A stretch of DNA of 64,000 nucleotides from Neolecta irregularis DAH-3 (lineage: Eukaryota). The translations under genes and the position numbers were made by a program. The notes beneath the pieces were generated by a model that was given only the letters and a program-made list of their open reading frames with translations, searched no databases and had not been told where the DNA came from. The stretch's first letter is position 1, and each line of letters starts with the position of its first letter. Shown in pieces: positions 1 to 13,225 of this stretch. The DNA lies in the NCBI GenBank assembly GCA_001929475.1, contig LXFE01000976.1, forward strand, positions 1 to 64,000, given 5' to 3'.

Positions 1-1
1 C

Positions 2-100
2 CCGCTGCTCGCCCGCGCCCCGCCCCCGCCCCTCGACGACCTCCACGTCGGCTGGATCGCAAAGGACGGCTTCAAGCCTCTGGGCTACACCCTGCTGTAG
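2..100 (+). CDS. 3' end of an unidentified gene (…PLDDLHVGWIAKDGFKPLGYTLL*), truncated by the window edge
   Basis: Open frame with C-ending codon bias ending in TAG at 98-100; family not recognised. Confidence 0.45.
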   Translation, partial: PLLARAPPPPLDDLHVGWIAKDGFKPLGYTLL

Positions 101-152
101 CTGTATTTCCTGTCTGTATTTCCTGTCTGTATTTCCTGTCTGTATTTCCTGT
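101..152. repeat. 13-bp tandem repeat CTGTATTTCCTGT x4
   Basis: Directly visible perfect copies. Confidence 0.95.
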
Positions 153-244
153 ACATTACCTGTCCTGTTTGTGTCTGCTGTCTGTCTGGTCTGTCCTGTT
201 TGTGTCTGTCCTCTGCTCTGTCTGTCCTCCCTCCCACCTGCTGC

Positions 245-498
245 AACCCCTCTCCTCCGCTCTCAACCCCTCTCCTCCGTTCTCAACCCCTCTCCTCCGC
301 TCTCAACCCCTCTCCTCCGCTCTCCTCTGCTCTCCCTCTGCTCTCCCTCTGCTCTCCCTCCGCTCTCAACCCCTCTCCTCCGCTATCGCTCCGCTCTCAA
401 CCCCTCTCCTCCGTTCTCAACCCCTCTCCTCCGCTCTCAACCCCTCTCCTCCGCTATCGCTCCGCTCCCTCCGCTATCGCTCCGCTCCCTCCGCTCCC
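245..498. repeat. CT-rich minisatellite, ~20-bp unit CTCCGCTCTCAACCCCTCTC with variants
   Basis: Directly visible; produces the repetitive N-termini of ORFs 169, 171 and 200. Confidence 0.9.
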
Positions 499-1440
499 AT
501 GTCCTCTTCACACGGTTCGAGATCCCTCTTTCACCAGGGATGCTCCAACCTCGCCATAGACCCTTCCAATCCCGACTCGCAAATATACTCCTACAGATCC
601 AGAATCCACCACGGCGCCGCCAAAGACGTCCTCCAAGAGCTGGCCGCCACTCGCGACCCATCGCTGGCCGCCGTGAAATGTCTGGCCCACTACACATTGG
701 ACCACGACATCCCCCGCTCGCTCGCCGAAATCCAGAATCTAGCCTCCGCAAACCCCCTCCCCCAGGTCCTCCTGATCGCCGCTATCCTCCACCAACATCT
801 CCCAGAAAAGGCCCTCCAATTTCTCGCCCCGTTGCAAAACGACATCGAGGGGTACCCCTTCTCCCCAATCGCGCTAATCCCAGCGTCGCCCTCGCCGTCC
901 AGATCTATCTGTCCCTGAACAATCCCGACCGCGCTGCGAAAATTATCCACGACGCGAAAAAGTGGGCCCAGGATGATATTCTCATCCAGCTCGCTGAAGC
1001 ATGGCTCGACCTCCGTTTGGTAGTTTATCCTGCGTTGCTGCTAACCCTAGGGCTACGAAAAAGCACAGAGGTCCTACTACATCTACGAAGAACTCGCCCA
1101 AAATACAAAGTCTCCCAAAATGCTCGTGGGCCAAGCGGTAGCCCCTGCTCCCGTCCCTGCTCACTGCAGGTCGCAGAAATCCAGCTCGGCAGATTCGACG
1201 ATGCTCAATTCGCCCTGAAATCAGCTTTCCAAATCGATCCTACTGATCCTTATGTCTTGGCAAATTCTATCGTTTGCGCAATACTGCTTGGCCTCGATCC
1301 CTCCCATTTCGCCCAGTTTGTTCCCCCTTGTTCTTTCTGATCGTAGACAATTGTTTAAAGTCGCTCCACAGTTTGTCTTTTGTATAAAGGTCAATGAGGT
1401 CGACGCCTTGTTTGATACCCTCCTCCACAAGTTTGCCTAG
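499..1440 (+). CDS. SEC28: Coatomer (COPI) epsilon subunit, multi-exon; 5' end uncertain
   Basis: Spliced motifs AVQIYLSLNNPDRAAK, WAQDDILIQLAEAW, SYYIYEELAQ and LGRFDDAQ..L..A...DP.DP..LAN are typical of COP-epsilon TPR repeats; stop TAG at 1438-1440. Confidence 0.88.
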
Positions 1441-1640
1441 TATCCGTTTTAGTACTTCAATCTATCTAGTATCCGTTTTAGTACTTCAATCTATCTGCCT
1501 AGTTCCTAACGTAAGTCTTCTCAAATCTATATCTAGTATCCGTATTAGATTACTTCAATCTATATCTAGTATCCGTTTTAGTACTTCAATCTATCTAGTA
1601 TCCGTATTAGATTATCAAGTCTTCTCAAATCTATCTCTCC
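1437..1640. repeat. ~29-bp minisatellite CTAGTATCCGTTTTAGTACTTCAATCTAT
   Basis: About five full or partial copies; the first begins at the COP-epsilon stop codon. Confidence 0.9.
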
Positions 1641-1694
1641 AGCGCTGTTCCTACGTATGAATAATGACCTTATCTTAAGTCTATTCTCGCTGTC

Positions 1695-1872
1695 GTTACA
1701 TTCGATCTTGTCATTACATTCGATCTTTGTCTTGTCGCTACATTCGATCTTTGTCTTGTCGCTTGTCTTGTCGCTACATTCGATCTTTGTCTAGTCGCTA
1801 CATTCGATCTTTGTCTTGTCGCTACATTCGATCTTTGTCTTGTCATTACATTCGATCTTTGTCTTGTCATTA
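1695..1872. repeat. ~24-bp minisatellite CATTCGATCTTTGTCTTGTCGCTA
   Basis: About seven copies with internal deletions. Confidence 0.92.
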
Positions 1873-2135
1873 CAGCTACATGTAAGACTAGGACCAAGTA
1901 ATAAGACTAGGTTTATTCATACCTCAGTACGAGACATCCACCATATCAAGATGGTTGCCCCTGTCAAGGCGTTCTGAGACAACCCAATAAATCAGAAACA
2001 TGTCCGCATCGTATTTGTCATAAAGTTGTGTTTGGGTTAGACCCTACAAATACAATCTTACACGTTCTAGATGAAACAACCGTATGGAGGAGCAACTAGG
2101 TGGTGTTTCTGGATCTGCTTGGTATATCTCGATTT

Positions 2136-2334
2136 AACCAATCAGAGACATATCCTCGATAACCAATCAGAGACCTATCCTCGATAACCAACAGAGACAT
2201 ATCCTCGATAACCAACAGAGACCTATCCTCGATAACCAACAGACATATCCTCGATAACCAACAGACATATCCTCGATAACCAACAGACATATCCTCGATA
2301 ACCAATCAGAGACATATCCTCGATAACCAATCAG
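2136..2334. repeat. 22-25-bp minisatellite AACCAA(T)CAG(AG)ACATATCCTCGAT
   Basis: About eight copies directly visible. Confidence 0.93.
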
Positions 2335-2542
2335 AGGTCTGTAATCTTTGGGAATTAGCAAGGGCAAACTATGAGCAAGCAATAACAATCTACGTACTAT
2401 TTGCCAAGAGCAGGAGTAACCAGACGCGTAGCCTGGGCAAAACAAATCTATAATGTCTTACCTCCTGTGGCAGGTCTGAGACACTCGGTTTTCTATAAAT
2501 TGGTTGTCTGCTTCGCCGTCAGTCCTACTTGCTGCTGCCTCT

Positions 2543-3454
2543 ATGTCGCCTCCTATCGTCGATTCCCCTGAACTCTTTCCTACCAAGTTGCTTGAGACTC
2601 CCATGGTTATTGACCTTGGATCTGACTCGGAGCCGGAAGATCGGAAGGAACACCAAGACCAAGACCAAGATCGGGAAATCCTTATTTTCTCTGGTATCCA
2701 TAGTTCTGTCAAGATCTAACTGCAGACTTTGACGGCACTATTTTTATGCAGGATACCGGCCACATCCTGTTCGACTCCCATGGCTGTGGTGCAGATCGAA
2801 GAAAAGCCCTCGACGCTCAAATTTCCAGTGGTGAACGCTCGTTTCGCAAAGTCAGCGAAGAGATGTGGGGTAGTTTAGATATTCCCTTTGGAAAAGGCCT
2901 TGAAATCATAAAAGGGCAACTCGAAATTGACCCTGCGTTTCGTGACTTTCACGCGTACTGCTTAAAGCAAAAGATCCCTTTCAACATCATTTCGGCTGGA
3001 CTGAAACCCATTTTAAGAGCTGTTTTAGAAGAATTCCTGGGCGCTGAGCAGGTACCCCTTCCCCCAGGCCACCCTCATCTCGTAGGCAAAACACATTGAT
3101 ATTATTTCCAACGATGCGGTCATCTCTGAAGATGGTACTGCATGGAAACCGATCTGGAGAGACGACACTCCCCACGGTCACGACAAGGCTGCGTCAATAA
3201 AACAAGCACGCGCGGCTGCAACCATGTCTCGACCTGTAATCGTTTTCATCGGCGACGGCGTGTCTGATCTCCCCGGAGCAAGAGAGGCCGATATTCTCTT
3301 TGCCCGCAGAGGCCTCCGTTTGCATGAATACTGCATCGAAAATAATATCCCCCATATCCCATTCGATACTTTTGCCGATATCAAACGGGAAATACAACGT
3401 ATCTCAAAAGAAGAAATTCGGTCGAAGAAATACTTCAATGTACCCCTCCCCTGA
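2543..3454 (+). CDS. HAD-superfamily phosphatase, MtnX/PYP1(YNL010W)-like
   Basis: Removing the 32-nt intron 2694-2725 gives ILIFSDFDGTIFMQDTGH (motif I DxDGT); ISAG, GHDK and FIGDGVSDL motifs follow. Confidence 0.88.
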
Positions 3455-3641
3455 TTCCTAGAGTTAATTATAGTCGCTAATTTCTAAAGATATACCCTCC
3501 CAACCCTTTCTGCCAATTTCGCCAAACCGCATTTGCTTGATGATATAGTTTTCTTGTGGAAGAAATTTGTTTATAGAAATTGGGCGATAGTATTTATAGA
3601 TCCTTGGATTTTGGCAGACTTGAATTTTCCTGCATTCAGCC

Positions 3642-5009
3642 ATGTATTCCGCTTTTTCCCGTACCATTTTAAATAATCGACGGTTCAATTCAACCGCTGT
3701 ATTTATCTCGCTTGGAAAATCTAATTAGAGGTACCGTTGAAGAAAACTGGATTGTACAATGTACATCTTGCGCACGGTGGGAAAATGGCCGAATTTGCGG
3801 GGTATTCGATGCCGATTCAGTATACCCAGGGAATACCCGACTCTCATAAATGGGTTCGTTCGAAAGCCGGACTGTTTGACGTCGGCCATATGGTCCAAAT
3901 GAAGTATCCTTTTCTCTTTTTCGAACCAATGATAGGTTTCGAGGTCCAAAAGTGACAGCCTTTTTGGAAAGCATTACCCCTTCGGATTTAAATAGCCTTG
4001 CACCGTTTTCATCCACGCTGTCTGTTTTATTGAATACGAATGGAGGGATTGTAGATGATTTGATCATTACAAAGCATTCCGAGACAGAGTATTATGTGGT
4101 TACGAACGCGGGATGCAGAGAAAAAGATTTAGCTTACCTCAAGAGTCATTTGGAGAACTGGAAGGGGGTCGAGTGGGAATTGCTCGATGGAAGAGGGCTG
4201 ATTGCGCTTCAAGGTACGTTTTGGGGTATCGATGCGGCAAACTGGTAGGGCCGTTTGCTGCCGATGTGTTAAATATTCACACCACTGCTGATTTGACGCC
4301 GTTAAAGTTTGGACAGAGCGCTTATTTGACTGTGGCCGGTGTTGAATGCCACGTCGCGAGAGGAGGATATACTGGAGAAGACGGATTCGAGGTACGGCAT
4401 TGGTCGTATGTAAAGTCACAAATCAGATCTCGATCAAAGAGGAAAAGACTGTGCAGGTGACCGAGTCGATCCTTGGATCTTCACCAGACGTGCGGCTGGC
4501 AGGCCTCGGTGCTCGGGACAGTCTTCGTTTGGAAGCCGGGATGTGCTTGTACGGACACGATCTAGACGAGACGACCACGCCTGTAGAGGCTAGTCTTGCC
4601 TGGGTGATCGGGAAGAGACGGAGGGCAGAGGGCGGGTTCCCTGGCTCCTCGACCATTCTGCAGCAACTGCGAGAGGGACCAGCACGGCGGCGAGTCGGCC
4701 TGGTGGTGAAAGAAGCACCTGCCCGCGGTATGGCTCCCAGAAATCGCATCTCACCCGCACAGAAGGAGCAGCAATACTAGCACACGACCAGCAGCACAAG
4801 ATCGGCAAGGTCCATAATAGCTTCACTGACGAGCAGGACAAGTAACCAGCGGATGCCCTTCGCCTAGTCTAGGGACAAATATTGCAATGGGCTATGTACA
4901 GACGGGAAGCCATGCGCCGGGGACGCTGCTGGGGGTGCAGGTGAGAGCGCGAGTGCGGGAGGCAACAGTGGTGCGGATGCCATTTGAACCCTGTAAATAT
5001 TATCGGTAG
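3642..5009 (+). CDS. GCV1: Aminomethyltransferase (glycine cleavage T protein), mitochondrial
   Basis: LKKTGLY..H...[62 protein letters not shown]; Arg/Ser-rich N-terminus. Confidence 0.96.
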
Positions 5010-5154
5010 GAGACCGATACTGTGGTGGTGCGGATTAACCCTGCATTCAGCGGATGTCTCATCCGGCCGTGTTTACTTGCCATCCTCGGCTAACCCGCAT
5101 ACATCCTACCTAACCATCATCCGTCACCTTCCCATACATCCGGTGGGGCCCATC

Positions 5155-8100
5155 ATGGTGCACATTCCCCTTCCCAGTATTCCCTCCCGCCTCAAACCTG
5201 CCTCCCGCTCCTCCACCCCTGGTTCCGGCCGTCTAGAAACTCCCTCTCCCAGACCAGACTCGGTCAAATCCCTACAGCTTCCCCAGCTGGCTCTCAGAGT
5301 CTTGGTCATCCAGGCAGCTGCTCTGGTTACCAATTGATGCTTACCCCCAGGGACGAAACCTTGCTGCCAAGGATAGAAGCGGAACCAGCGACCCTGTATG
5401 ATTTCAGGCACTACAGATCTAATGCCGCATAGTACGCAGTATTAACTCTTGGCGATTACAGAAACACTACCATCACTATACTCAGGACCTTGAATCCCGT
5501 TTGGGATACCTATTTTGACTTTCCATTGGACCATAAAGCTGGTTCATGCTCACTCGAGGTCATATGCTGGGACAAAGATCGCTTCGGCAAGGTATATGCT
5601 AGTATCTCTTGAAATCTGACTTTACAGGACTATCTGGGAGAGTTTGGTGTCGATTTAACCGAAGTAATCAGAGGTAATGTTTCCTTGGAGGAGAATGAGG
5701 TATTTCCTTCGGAATTAACTTGCAGCTAATCGTCAAGCCCATATGGTACACACTATGCTCTTCTTCTAGAAAGAAGTCCAAAATATCTGGAGAGATTCAG
5801 CTAAAATTTGGATTGATCGAACCAACTGGTGCCGCACTACCTCCAGAAGAACTTGCTGCCCGCTGGGATATTTACGTACAGTCTTTTCTATCGAAATCTT
5901 CTGTAGAAGCGCAGCTTCGTGATGTCCCTGCAATGCAATCCGTGGGGATGGTTCCTTCTGATTCCGATGACACCAATCTCGCCGTGAACCTAGCTCAAAG
6001 TCTGACCATGCCAGACGAAGATGAAAGCGACGAGGCTGATGAGCATGAGCCTACATTATTGGAGACCGAGCAGAAGAAGAGACGACGGTTGAAGCTCAGA
6101 AACATAAGAAGAAAGATGATGCCGTTCCAATTAACACCGACTTGTGGGAGCGTCGTCGGGCTGATATTCATGGAAATTCATAGCATCACGGATTTGCCTC
6201 CGGAAAAAAATAGTATGCCCTTGTGTGATTACTGTGGCTGACTTGAACAGTGACCAGGTTAAGCTTCGATATGGACCCCTTTGTCGTTGTATCGTTCGGC
6301 AAGAAAACTTTCCGAACGCGCTGTCTTCGACATACATTAAACCCTGTGTTCAATGAACGATTGATCTGTCACGTTTACCGTCATGAAGAAACTTTTAAAA
6401 TCTCATTCCGAGTTGTGGACCGGGATAAGCTTTCTGGCAATGACTTTGTTGGCGAAGCAATGCTGGATGTTCAGGAATTAATTCAGAGAGGACCAAAACC
6501 GAATCCTAGCACCGGATTGTATCATCCGCAGTCGCCTAATGGTACTCCTCCGCAGCATTCACGACAAAGTTCAAGTTATGATGGAACTTACAATGCCGCT
6601 CTAGAAAGCATCGATCCGGACCTTTATTCATACGATATTCCAATAGAGCTGGCCAAGAAGGAACGCCATGAAGGGAAACACTCTCCAGTGATTCATATTC
6701 GGGCAAAACACGTTCCCTATCCCGCTCTCAGAGAGCAGTTTTGGCGACAGATGCTTAAACATTACGATACGGATGATACCGAAACTATCTCCCGTGTTGA
6801 ATTAGTCACAATGTTGGACTCTCTCGGCTCAACTCTCAAAGATCGTACCATCAACCACTTCTTCACTCAGTTTGGCCTTAATCCTGAAGACGAGGGCAAT
6901 GAACAAGGCCCCGGTGAACTGACGATTGATCAAGTAGTTGCATGTCTCGAAAACCAACTTGTCAGTCAATCGTCTGCATCACAAACGTCTTCGCTTCCTC
7001 CAACTCCACGAGGTTTTGCCACACCATCCGTTCAAAGCCTCTCGTCAACAAAAATTGATCCAGCTAGCAGCACTGCATCTATGAGAGGGGAAAACTCTGA
7101 TGTCCCAGCTCTCGAAATTACAGCTGAAAGTGCATCAAGTTCTTCAGACGAATTGTCCCCCGATGATTCCACCGTAGGCGAACATGTTGTCTTTATCAAA
7201 GAATGTCCATTATGTCATCAACCTCGTCTTCAATCCAAAAGCGAAGTAGATATAGTTACCCATCTTGCTCTTTGCGCCAGTCAGGATTGGAAACGAGTTG
7301 ATAGATTGGTCATGGGGGACTTTGTTACATCCAGCCAGGCCCAGCGAAAGTGGTATTCAAAGGTGCTTTTACATATCAAACAGCAGGATTGATTGTTAGG
7401 TTGTTTCGAGGATTACAACTGGTTCATATAAGCTTGGAGCCAATTCGGCAAACATCCTTGTCCAAGATCGATTGACTGGACAAATACAGGAAGAACGAAT
7501 GAGCGTTTACGTTAGATTGGGAATACGGCTTCTTTACAAAGGGTTAAGGAGCGGCACAATGGAGAAGAAGCGCAGTATACACCTGGGGTTGAATAGGACT
7601 GACTGTAGTTCGAAATCTTTTGAGATCATTGAGTGTCAAACAAGGTAAAAAGTATGATTCTCCTTCCAGTGCTCGAGAAATCAAGAATTTTGTTGCATTT
7701 CATCAGCTCAAGGTTGACGAAGTTCTCCTCCCTCTAGACCAATACAAAACGTACCCCCATTCGCTTTCCTCTCCTAATATTCAGTTTCAACGAATTCTTC
7801 TATAGAAAATTGAAGCCCGGTGCTCGTCCTTGCGTCGCCCCCAATAACACAGGAATAGCAGTCAGTCCTGCAGACTGTCGAACAGTAGTGTTTAATAAAA
7901 TTGACCGAGCGACAGAGATTTGGGTCAAAAGTCGAGAATTCAATCTTGAGCGACTTTTCGGAGAGGCTTATCCTGATCAAGTTCAATGTTTTGAGGGTGG
8001 TACAATGGGAATATTTAGACTTGCACCTCAGGATTATCACCGCTTCCATGTCCCTGTTGATGGAATCCTTGGTGAGCCAAAGACTATTGAAGGTGAATTT

Positions 8101-8672
8101 TACACGGTTAATCCCATGGCTATCCGCTCTGCGTGTGTTCCATTTGAGAGAATAATATATTGACGATTAGACTAGATGTTTTTGGGGAGAACGTACGGAT
8201 TGTGGTTCCGATAGATTCAGTCTCGCATGGTCGTGTAATGGTAATTTGCGTTGGTGCCATGATGGTGGGAAGTATTGTTATTACAGCAAAGGCAGGTCAA
8301 AAAGTATCTCGGACTGACGAGCTTGGTTATTTCGCATACGGTACAGAATCTATAGTTTTAATCAGTTGATATTCCAGGTGGTAGTACTGTACTCCTTCTA
8401 TTTCAACCGGGTATGCTTGTCTTTGATGATGATCTCGCAGAGAATTCTAGTCAGGGACTAGAAACTTTGGTATACATCTTTTTGTCTATTCTCTTTAATT
8501 CCATTAGGTACGAGTCGGAATGTCAATAGGTCATCATCCAAACGTTGAATCAACGGCAAGTGAAAATATCAAATCAAACATTACAAAAGAGGACCTCGAG
8601 GATGCTTCGAGGAGAATTGGCGGAGCATTTGACCCAAAACATGCGCATAAAGGATTTGCTATGGGCGGTTAA
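5155..8672 (+). CDS. PSD2: Phosphatidylserine decarboxylase 2 (two C2 domains, EF-hand-like segment, PSD domain)
   Basis: [19 protein letters not shown]2 domain; [37 protein letters not shown]; spliced FAYGGST autocleavage motif. Confidence 0.96.
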
Positions 8673-8813
8673 TGGCATAGTAGGGGATATTTTTCTGGCT
8701 GATAATGTGGTTCAGGCTGTGTATGTTTCTTAATATTATGGATTTAACGATCTTATTATAACCCAACTTTGTAGGAGGTTGGCAATAACTAGTACAATCC
8801 GAAATAATTAGTT

Positions 8814-10464
8814 TCACATATCCAACCCTGTAGACTCGCAGATCTTCTTGATCAAAGCTTTCTTCATAAATTGCTCTCGAGCCAAATTCCGTGTAAACTA
8901 TAATAGTTCAGCTCAAACACTTGACAAAAATGTAAACCTTCATAAAAACATCTAATTCTATCCGTTCCCTGTCCAGTCCCTTTGCAAGAATATACAACAA
9001 ATCCTCAATCGCCAAATCTTCTGCAACAAGATTGTACAATCTAAGCAAATCAGTATTGACAAAGAAAATCGATTGTACTGATTGTAGACTACCGTCTGAG
9101 CAACCAAAACTTGATCGATATCAGGCCATTCTCGATTTTCACATTCCTTGATAACCTCGTCGGTTTGTTGAATTCGATCATGAAAGATATTCATGTTTTT
9201 ATCGCATAGTTGGTCAATCCGATTCAATTCCGAGACTTCCCGGTCGAGAATGAGTTGCTGTACAGCGATGGCATCTGCGTATCTTTTAGCTTCAGATATG
9301 GAATCTTGGAGATCTCTGCATAAAGAATCTGCTCTTGAATTCACACGATCCGCAACTTCTTTCAACAGAATCGTGCGTTCTGGATTCGGTGGCTTTGGAG
9401 GCGGCGCAACATCTGCTGGACTTGGGGTTTGTTCATCGATGATGTCTTGTGAAACAAAAGATGGAGATTGAATCGAAATATCTTGAAGCCATGATCGAAC
9501 TTGAGCATTTTGGCTGGTATCTGCCACCTGGGTAAGTTCTGGTCTGTGAGGCAAGCTGGAAGAAGCTCTTTGCGGCAGCAATTCAGGTATTGGCGAGTTA
9601 TTGTGCTGATAAGGTGGGGGTCTGTTCTTTAAAGCTCTAGGTTGGCGATGAGGCGCAGGCGGGATTGGGGGCGGACTCTGCCTGGTCTGTATCGATTGAC
9701 TAGGAGGGGGAGAACAAAGTCCTTGATTTGAATCTTGGACCGAAAACGAGAGTGGTATGGGTGTTCCATTAGAGATTCTATGGTGAGCGTGTGGAACCAT
9801 AGGTGTGTCGTCATTAATCGTGGTAGATTGGTTGTCCATCCTATACGATCCTTCTTCTAGAGATGTTGACTGGTGTCGATTTTCAAGTTTCTCCATGCTC
9901 GATTGCGCATATAAAGGCGGTTCTTTCCCAAATATACTTGCAAGATTCATGCATAAATTAATTAAATTTGATTTCTCTCAGTGAGTAAGCGTGTAGCGTC
10001 AACTTACCGAAGGATTATCTTCCCAATAAGCCAAATAAGGATGATATATTCGTCCACTTGAATCAACATGATTTCCAGGACGTATCAGCATGTTTTTCGA
10101 TGGTAGCACAAATGAAATTGGCGGGAATTTGGGATAGCAGTGGGGTATCCAGATGGCAATTGGAATATTATAAGGTCGATCGCGGAAGACGATCGGTATT
10201 ATTCCTTCCAGACACAGCAGAAGCACAGACTGCCCATCTTCGTATGCTATACTGTTAGTTTGAACATGTCAAACCCTATACTGAAGATGTCTGTCCTTGG
10301 AGCAAGAGAGGGATACTTGCTAAGACAATTAATAACGTCAGTTTGTGTTCGCTCCGTGTACGAGTATTCCTAAGAACTGATTAATCGGCGACAAAAGGAA
10401 TACAACTACATACAGGTGCAAGGACTCGTTGAAGCCAATTCAAAACGTGTTGGAGGTTGGTCAT
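8814..10464 (-). CDS. VPS23: ESCRT-I subunit Vps23/Tsg101 (UEV domain, Pro-rich linker, coiled coil, SB domain)
   Basis: LLLCLEGIIP..FR..PYNIPIAIWIP..YP..PP and HVDSSGRIYHPYL; C-terminal AREQFMKKALIKKI. Confidence 0.93.
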
Positions 10465-11257
10465 AGACACATGAAAGGATGTGTGGTGGGAAATCTGAAA
10501 ACTTGTCGCCAGGCGAATGACAAAACTCAAGTATATATTACATTTTGCAAAGTACATTGACAGTAAACTGTTGGCTACTAGAGCCCTGCATAAATTAGCT
10601 ACAGCCTTTATGTAGTTCTTGATTGGATTCGCAGGCCTTTTAATACCCATATCCGGGTTAGGCAATCATCGGATAATTCATCGCAGGATCGACGGCCATA
10701 TTTTTAACTAGTTTCTGATTCAGTAATAGTAGTTTTCTTCTATTATGGCACAACAATCACTGTCTGAAGCCGTCCACGGCTTAAAAGGGCTTGTCATTCG
10801 ACCGTTTTCCTTTTTTTGGTGTTCAAAGACTCGACTTGCAACCTCCGTCTATATTGATTTACTGCATGTCTTTCCCCATTCTATTGACCTTCAGGTATCC
10901 AACTCAAAATCGATATACATTTTTTCCCCAGTTGACGCATGGCGTCATTGGTTCGCTTTAGGATCGAACTTTTTCTAGGTCTTTTCTGAGACTGGTCTGC
11001 CATTGTTCCTATTTATGTCAGTAACAATGCATCGTGTAAGCAAAGGCGCTTTCGCAGTGAAAAGAAGATCCTGGAATGAATTAATGAGAACACTAGCATG
11101 ACTAGAAATGCAATATTAGACAAATGGAACAAAAAAGACTAGCACAACGTAGCTGACAAATACAATCAAGACTGATGCTACGAACCTCAACAAAAAGAAA
11201 CTTGCAATAAGAACAGGCATGAGAACTTCATACGCCGGTCGTTAAACATCTGATAAT

Positions 11258-12855
11258 TTACATCCGTCCTTTCGATGCTGGCGGCCTCTCTTTTCCTACT
11301 CTCCCTGTTTCTGCAGAAACGCTTCTCAGTGGGCTTTTATTTGCTCCAGCAATTGCCCTCCGTGGACTTGTCCTCTTCTTTGTGGCCGGGATTTGAGCGG
11401 AAACGACTCTTCTATTAACAACCTCACCGTCTTTTGCAACCTCGATAAGTGCTTCCGAGACAGTTGTTGAATTGAATTGAACTTTAGCAGTGACTTTGCG
11501 CGGTTGGCCTGGAGTAGGGGCGGGCAGCGGTGAGGCATTTGCGTTATTTTCATTATGGAGGTCGGAGAGAGGGTTTCGAGGAGGTGTCACATATCTCTCT
11601 GTTCGTCGAAGCCGGAGGCCTTCGTAATACCACTGGCGAAAATGATGTTGATGTAAATGGAGCCAGTGTTGCTGTGGCCCAACAACCATACCTTGGAAAA
11701 ATCAGTATGATGATGAGAAAGGTTTGAACCAGGTCTCATTATTCGCATGAATGCAATGACTTCATTCGCAGTAAAGGCATATTTATAAATAAGATAAGCG
11801 CCGATAAGACATCCAGTCCTTCCAAGCCCAGCTTTACAATGAACTGCAACAACGCCTAGAATAAGTATTAAATCAGTGCATCAACACATACGATTCTCAT
11901 CAAAGGTCTCCTGACATAAACTCAGGAATGTTTTGACAACACTCAACTCCGGGCAAGTCCCGTCTTCAAAGAACATATCAACGTGCTTTATTCCTCGCTC
12001 TTCAAATTTCTTCCGATCGTACAGGGGTTTATTCAATCGAACAACTAATCCAACGTCGTGGGTTTCAAAATATTTTAATACAGTAGCGAAGGTGGTGGGA
12101 ATCGTGGGATTTCGAATATCTGGCTGTATAGGTGACGCAAAAGCGAGAAATTGAGGACCAATCCAGTTGAAATCTCCATTTTCGACTCGTTCATATCGTT
12201 CATACCTATGTTCAGCGATGAAACACTTTTAAAAATAATACTCTAACACGTCAAACTTGTTCATATTGTATAAACCGGCTTCTTTTGCACGCCAGAGACC
12301 GTACACACAGTCCTGAATTGCTAACGTGAAATCAGCGATACTGTATCCAGCGTCTCTGAACGGCATGAATGGAGGGTCGACTTGTGCCAAAGGAGCAAGA
12401 GCTAAGTGAGGGGGCCAGTTCTGAACAGCAACCTTGAACATCAGATGCTGATAAAGAAAGAGGAATACCATATATGCCGCGATCAAATATGCAGCATTTG
12501 CTCGATACCTCGAATCCTTGCTGGTATAGTAAACAATTGCCTTATCTTTTGCATGGTTATCCTTGATATAAGCGGGTGATCTGGAGGTAAGGACATACAA
12601 CTAAAATTTCGTGAAGAGAGACAGCAAATCTATATAGATGGGCGAGATTCAATGGTCCAAAGTCATGGTGGAAAGCATTGTAGAGAAGTTCGTGGTCGAG
12701 AGTAAAGAAGAAATGGTTCTGTGTGATCTCGACTTTTGGTGGGCGATCAAGAAATGCAAGGTATAAGCGATCTAGCTAATTAGCTTCAAGACGGCAAGAA
12801 AAGCAAGCACACCAGCGATGAATTCGATCATTCCGCTCTTTTTTGAGTCGACCAT
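11258..12855 (-). CDS. CDC14: Cdc14/Clp1 dual-specificity phosphatase
   Basis: [27 protein letters not shown], catalytic [26 protein letters not shown]; tail with S/TP sites. Confidence 0.97.
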
Positions 12856-13225
12856 AGCGACAACTGATTCTCAAGGAAGGAGAAGAGGCGGAAGAAGAAC
12901 CAGGAAGAGAAGGGAAGGCGATTTTGCTGGAAGAAGGAGATGCGCTGGAGTGGTGTGGAGCAAGCCGGGACGAGGTTGGCGGTGGGTTTTATGTGCCAGA
13001 AATCAAAACAAAACAGCGGATATGCTAAGCACACGCGCGACTGAATTTTTTGGCCAAATGGACATTTGTCCATGTTAATCGCTTCAAGCATATCAACAGC
13101 TAACCGCCTGCCAAAGAGTTTTCTGTACCAACATATGCCTGGGTTCGGCGTTGTAAACTCTACCAAAACGGCAAGAGAGAAAACAAGTACTTGAAACCAA
13201 TCGGCGTTCCCTCCACCGCTGCTGC

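Noticed and set aside
169..498. Long repetitive N-termini of ORFs 169, 171 and 200
   Set aside because: They are translations of a stop-free CT minisatellite; homology begins only near 510
1437..2334. CRISPR-like appearance of the 22-29-bp repeats
   Set aside because: The units are head-to-tail with no unique spacers, there are no cas genes, and the context is eukaryotic
1670..2445. Repetitive minus-strand ORFs (TRQRSNVA…, LLVIEDMS…)
   Set aside because: By-products of the minisatellites
10690..11010. Possible small gene between VPS23 and CDC14
   Set aside because: Candidate splices give immediate stops; no homology recognised
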